From: a virus
Taxonomy: Duplodnaviria > Caudoviricetes
DNA length: 47,713 bases
IMG/VR virus record: IMGVR_UViG_3300032135_000015
Span: 1 to 47,713 of that record
Strand: one strand, 5' to 3'
Part shown: positions 45,191-47,713 of the stretch, piece by piece
Numbering within the stretch: position 1 is the first letter of the stretch
Layout of the letters: the number at the start of each line of letters is the position of its first letter
Made by a program: the position numbers and the translations under genes
Notes under the pieces: model-generated
Seen by the model: only the letters and a program-made list of their open reading frames with translations
Databases searched by the model: none
What the model was told of the DNA's origin: nothing

Positions 45191-45643
45191 ATGACTATCT
45201 ACGATTCCCCCCTATGGACACTCTGTGAGCGCGCGGCGCAACTGGAGAGCATGAGCGACTGGCAAGCAATCACCGTTGACCCGATAGCGGGAACCGTGGA
45301 AGTCTCCGAGAGTATCGCCGATGAGGTGGCCTATCTCAATAATCCGGGCACACCTCACCAAACAATCGGTTACAGCGCCGGGCACGATTTCGCCGATTAT
45401 GACTATCGAGAGACCGCCATGCACGCGAGTAACGTGCTCGATGGCGGGTATCTCTTCTTTCACCTGTTTCACAGTGGCGACGTTCTGGAACCGGTCACGT
45501 TCCAGTGCACAATTCTAGACGTGCACGAGTGCGACGATTGCCCGCCATACGACGACGACGACGCCGAACCATGCGAGAGCGACCATAACGCGGGATGGGC
45601 GTTTATCTATCGCCGTGCGGTCTCTGAGAGCGTGCCAGCATGA
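45191..45643 (+). CDS. Hypothetical acidic protein
   Basis: CTAAGGATTGAAACC RBS module. Very acidic C-terminus. Confidence 0.75.
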   Translation: MTIYDSPLWTLCERAAQLESMSDWQAITVDPIAGTVEVSESIADEVAYLNNPGTPHQTIGYSAGHDFADYDYRETAMHASNVLDGGYLFFHLFHSGDVLEPVTFQCTILDVHECDDCPPYDDDDAEPCESDHNAGWAFIYRRAVSESVPA

Positions 45644-45864
45644 GCGCGCGCATTCTCACTAACGCGGACGTTTTAGCGGGCGCCGGTACTGGCAAGATTC
45701 ACAGTGCCTATCGGGAGCTAGTGGCCGCGCATGGCCACGACGAATTGTGCGACGCCTACGCACTCGACCGCGACGCCGTAAACGGCGGCACCTATTGGGT
45801 AGACGTGGTTAGGCAAGCTCTCGCGCATGGCGACGTAGACACCGAATCGGGAGAGTTGACCTAA
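45640..45864 (+). CDS. Hypothetical protein
   Basis: ATGA-coupled. Confidence 0.65.
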   Translation: MSARILTNADVLAGAGTGKIHSAYRELVAAHGHDELCDAYALDRDAVNGGTYWVDVVRQALAHGDVDTESGELT

Positions 45865-46088
45865 TGGCGCGACACTCGACAGAGCCGACCGAATACGAAA
45901 CGAAACAGGCGCGCCTGTCAGTGTTTCTATTTGAGCTTTACCATGGCCCGGATACTGCGGCCAGCATGCATGCGACCGACCGCGCGAATTATTCCGCGGA
46001 CGCCGCGGACGTACTCGATAGCATGCCGCACCTATTCACTATGGATGAATTGATCAGGCTAGGCAGGTGGGAGCCGAACCTCACCTAG
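45864..46088 (+). CDS. Hypothetical protein
   Basis: TAATG-coupled, GGAG RBS. Confidence 0.65.
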   Translation: MARHSTEPTEYETKQARLSVFLFELYHGPDTAASMHATDRANYSADAADVLDSMPHLFTMDELIRLGRWEPNLT

Positions 46089-46189
46089 CACAATGGCCCG
46101 CCAGATCCTCACAGTCCGATCTAGCGGGCGCGCATAACCGCACGATGACACCTAACCAAACCGCACAACCTCACAAGGGAGCTAACGCA

Positions 46190-46330
46190 ATGTCTAAGAC
46201 TTTCGCCACACACAAAGAGACCGACGAAGCGCGACACGAAACGATCGCACGCAAGATGCACCGGGCGGCCAAATACAGCGGCACGACAGGCGCGCGCCAC
46301 GCAAGCATGGCGAACCGCTACGGCGAGTAA
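46190..46330 (+). CDS. Small basic hypothetical protein
   Basis: AAGGGAG RBS, followed by a hairpin. Confidence 0.6.
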   Translation: MSKTFATHKETDEARHETIARKMHRAAKYSGTTGARHASMANRYGE

Positions 46331-46339
46331 CCGGCGCTC

Positions 46340-46380
46340 TAGAGTGTGGCCTAGCTCGACAGGATCTAGGCCACGCTCTA
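46340..46380 (+). terminator. Long hairpin after the small gene
   Basis: tagagtgtggcctag...ctaggccacgctcta. Confidence 0.55.
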
Positions 46381-46437
46381 ACACTCCGAGACACGTTCAC
46401 CAGGCATAATCCGAGAGCCCTAGAGAGGCTGAATCAC

Positions 46438-46749
46438 ATGACAAATTCCACGTTAGAACGCGCCCCCTACGACCGCACCGAACCGGGCGCGCATGCTCCC
46501 AGTGATGCCGTAACAGGTCAGAGAATGGCCCCGGCGCCTAAGAGCGCCAATACTCACGTTGCACTCCGAGAGGGTCGCCTGAGCGACCGCCTGAGAGGGC
46601 GCCCGCGATACTCACGCGGACAGGTTGCAGAGCGTAGACAGGTCGCACATGACGCGCTCAAACTGGCCGCATTCGTGACGGTTTGCGCACTGGCAACGGC
46701 TGGAATCGTGGCAGCGTTCAACCTTGCAGCACTGGCACTGGGAGCCTGA
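46438..46749 (+). CDS. Membrane protein
   Basis: GAGG RBS and a hydrophobic C-terminal helix. Confidence 0.65.
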   Translation: MTNSTLERAPYDRTEPGAHAPSDAVTGQRMAPAPKSANTHVALREGRLSDRLRGRPRYSRGQVAERRQVAHDALKLAAFVTVCALATAGIVAAFNLAALALGA

Positions 46750-46982
46750 AAAACTCTGCTCCCCCTAAACACGCCGTATTACCATATAAGCGTATTATAT
46801 ATAAATATTAGGTGGTAAGAGGGGGGTCTAGAAAATGGCCCGTTTTGGCAAAAGTTCCCAATGTTTTGGCGGGCGCCATTTGCCCCCCATTTCAGAAACA
46901 CTCAAAATAGTGCCGTATTTTGTAAATACACGTACACAAAACCGTTACTCTTATAGAGTCACACTAGAAAGGTTTTCACGTA

Positions 46983-47606
46983 ATGCTTTTGACCTCACAG
47001 CACGAAACACACCTCCGAATGGTCAAGACGGCCAATTCGGCATGGCGAGAAGCGAAGGCGTTTGCAAAGGCGCGGGCGAAGATTCTGGCAGAAAAAGAGG
47101 TTGCCTCATTTCTGTATTCGATGGATCTCGCCGTCCGCCGGGCACACGACGCGGGCGTGCCCAATGTGCAGATACGCGAGCAAGGGCTAGGCACCACTAG
47201 CCCGGCATCTGTGCTCGATTCACTGGCTCGCAGCGAAGGCATGGCGGGACAGATCGACGGAGCGGCGCCGGACGCCGTAGAGCGGTTTACGTTGCGCCCA
47301 CAGCCGGACTGGCCGCTGGTCAAGATCATTACGGTAACGCTGGCCGGGGCAAGCTGGGAGGCGTTCAAGAAGGCGGGCGCGGGACGTTTTCGCGGGAACG
47401 CTCACAACCTCAATGAGGGGGAGTATTACTGGAAAGACCAGGAACTAAACGGGCCTGTTGACGGCGAGGACCGCACCACGGCGAACCGCTGGGATAACCC
47501 GGTCACGGCATGGCTTCGCTCTGAGAGCGGCGCCGCCGAGCTAGAGGCGTGGCTCGCCGAGTTTCACCCTGACCTGTTGCCCACAGACGACGACGACCTG
47601 ATCTAA
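46983..47606 (+). CDS. Hypothetical protein with a possible HTH-like segment
   Basis: GAAAGG RBS. 'AVRRAHDAGVPNVQI...LGTT' resembles an HTH. Confidence 0.65.
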   Translation: MLLTSQHETHLRMVKTANSAWREAKAFAKARAKILAEKEVASFLYSMDLAVRRAHDAGVPNVQIREQGLGTTSPASVLDSLARSEGMAGQIDGAAPDAVERFTLRPQPDWPLVKIITVTLAGASWEAFKKAGAGRFRGNAHNLNEGEYYWKDQELNGPVDGEDRTTANRWDNPVTAWLRSESGAAELEAWLAEFHPDLLPTDDDDLI

Positions 47607-47713
47607 TGGCATTGCATTTGAGCCCCGAGCAGCACGCGGCCAATCCGCCCGAGTCATGGCGCGTCGAGCGAGAGCAGGACGGCGGGCGCGTCTGGTGGCA
47701 CCTCCACATCGAC
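47606..47713 (+). CDS. Hypothetical protein, 3'-truncated by the window
   Basis: TAATG-coupled start MALHLSPEQH..., open to the window end. Confidence 0.55.
   Translation, partial: MALHLSPEQHAANPPESWRVEREQDGGRVWWHLHID

Noticed and set aside
1-47713. Diversity-generating retroelement or invertase shufflon for the fibre genes
   Set aside because: No reverse transcriptase, serine invertase, template/variable repeat pair or inverted crossover sites. The shared fibre repeats are short and direct.

Overview
This window is most of a high-GC, temperate siphovirus genome, probably infecting an actinobacterium (inferred from GC content, ThyX, leaderless promoters and an actinobacterial-type tRNA-His attP core). 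Left end (+): tail of a replication/recombination operon ending in a RuvC-like resolvase and a terminator. 3.0-33.8 kb (-): virion and lysis genes (terminase, portal, protease/scaffold, cement, capsid, head-tail genes, two tail-tube paralogs, frameshifting tail chaperones, tape measure, minor tail proteins, endolysin, holin). These are interrupted at 20-23.2 kb by an integration cassette: tyrosine integrase, attP, excisionase-like gene and a HicA-like/HTH gene. 33.9-42.3 kb (-): accessory genes including a stand-alone DGQHR (DndB/ParB-like) protein, ThyX, DUF3310, GIY-YIG, an Acb2/Tad1-like protein, Endo VII and three AbrB-like domains. 42.5-46.8 kb (+): a compositionally distinct array of small genes with repeated intergenic modules. 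Highlights: attP lies inside the morphogenesis region; an SGNH esterase appears circularly permuted; a minor-tail paralog is split with its C-half fused to an M23 peptidase; appendage genes share conserved junction and boundary sequences; and a TTAGCGCACTAA operator-like motif is dispersed genome-wide. Family calls come from motif recognition by eye, with no database searches.
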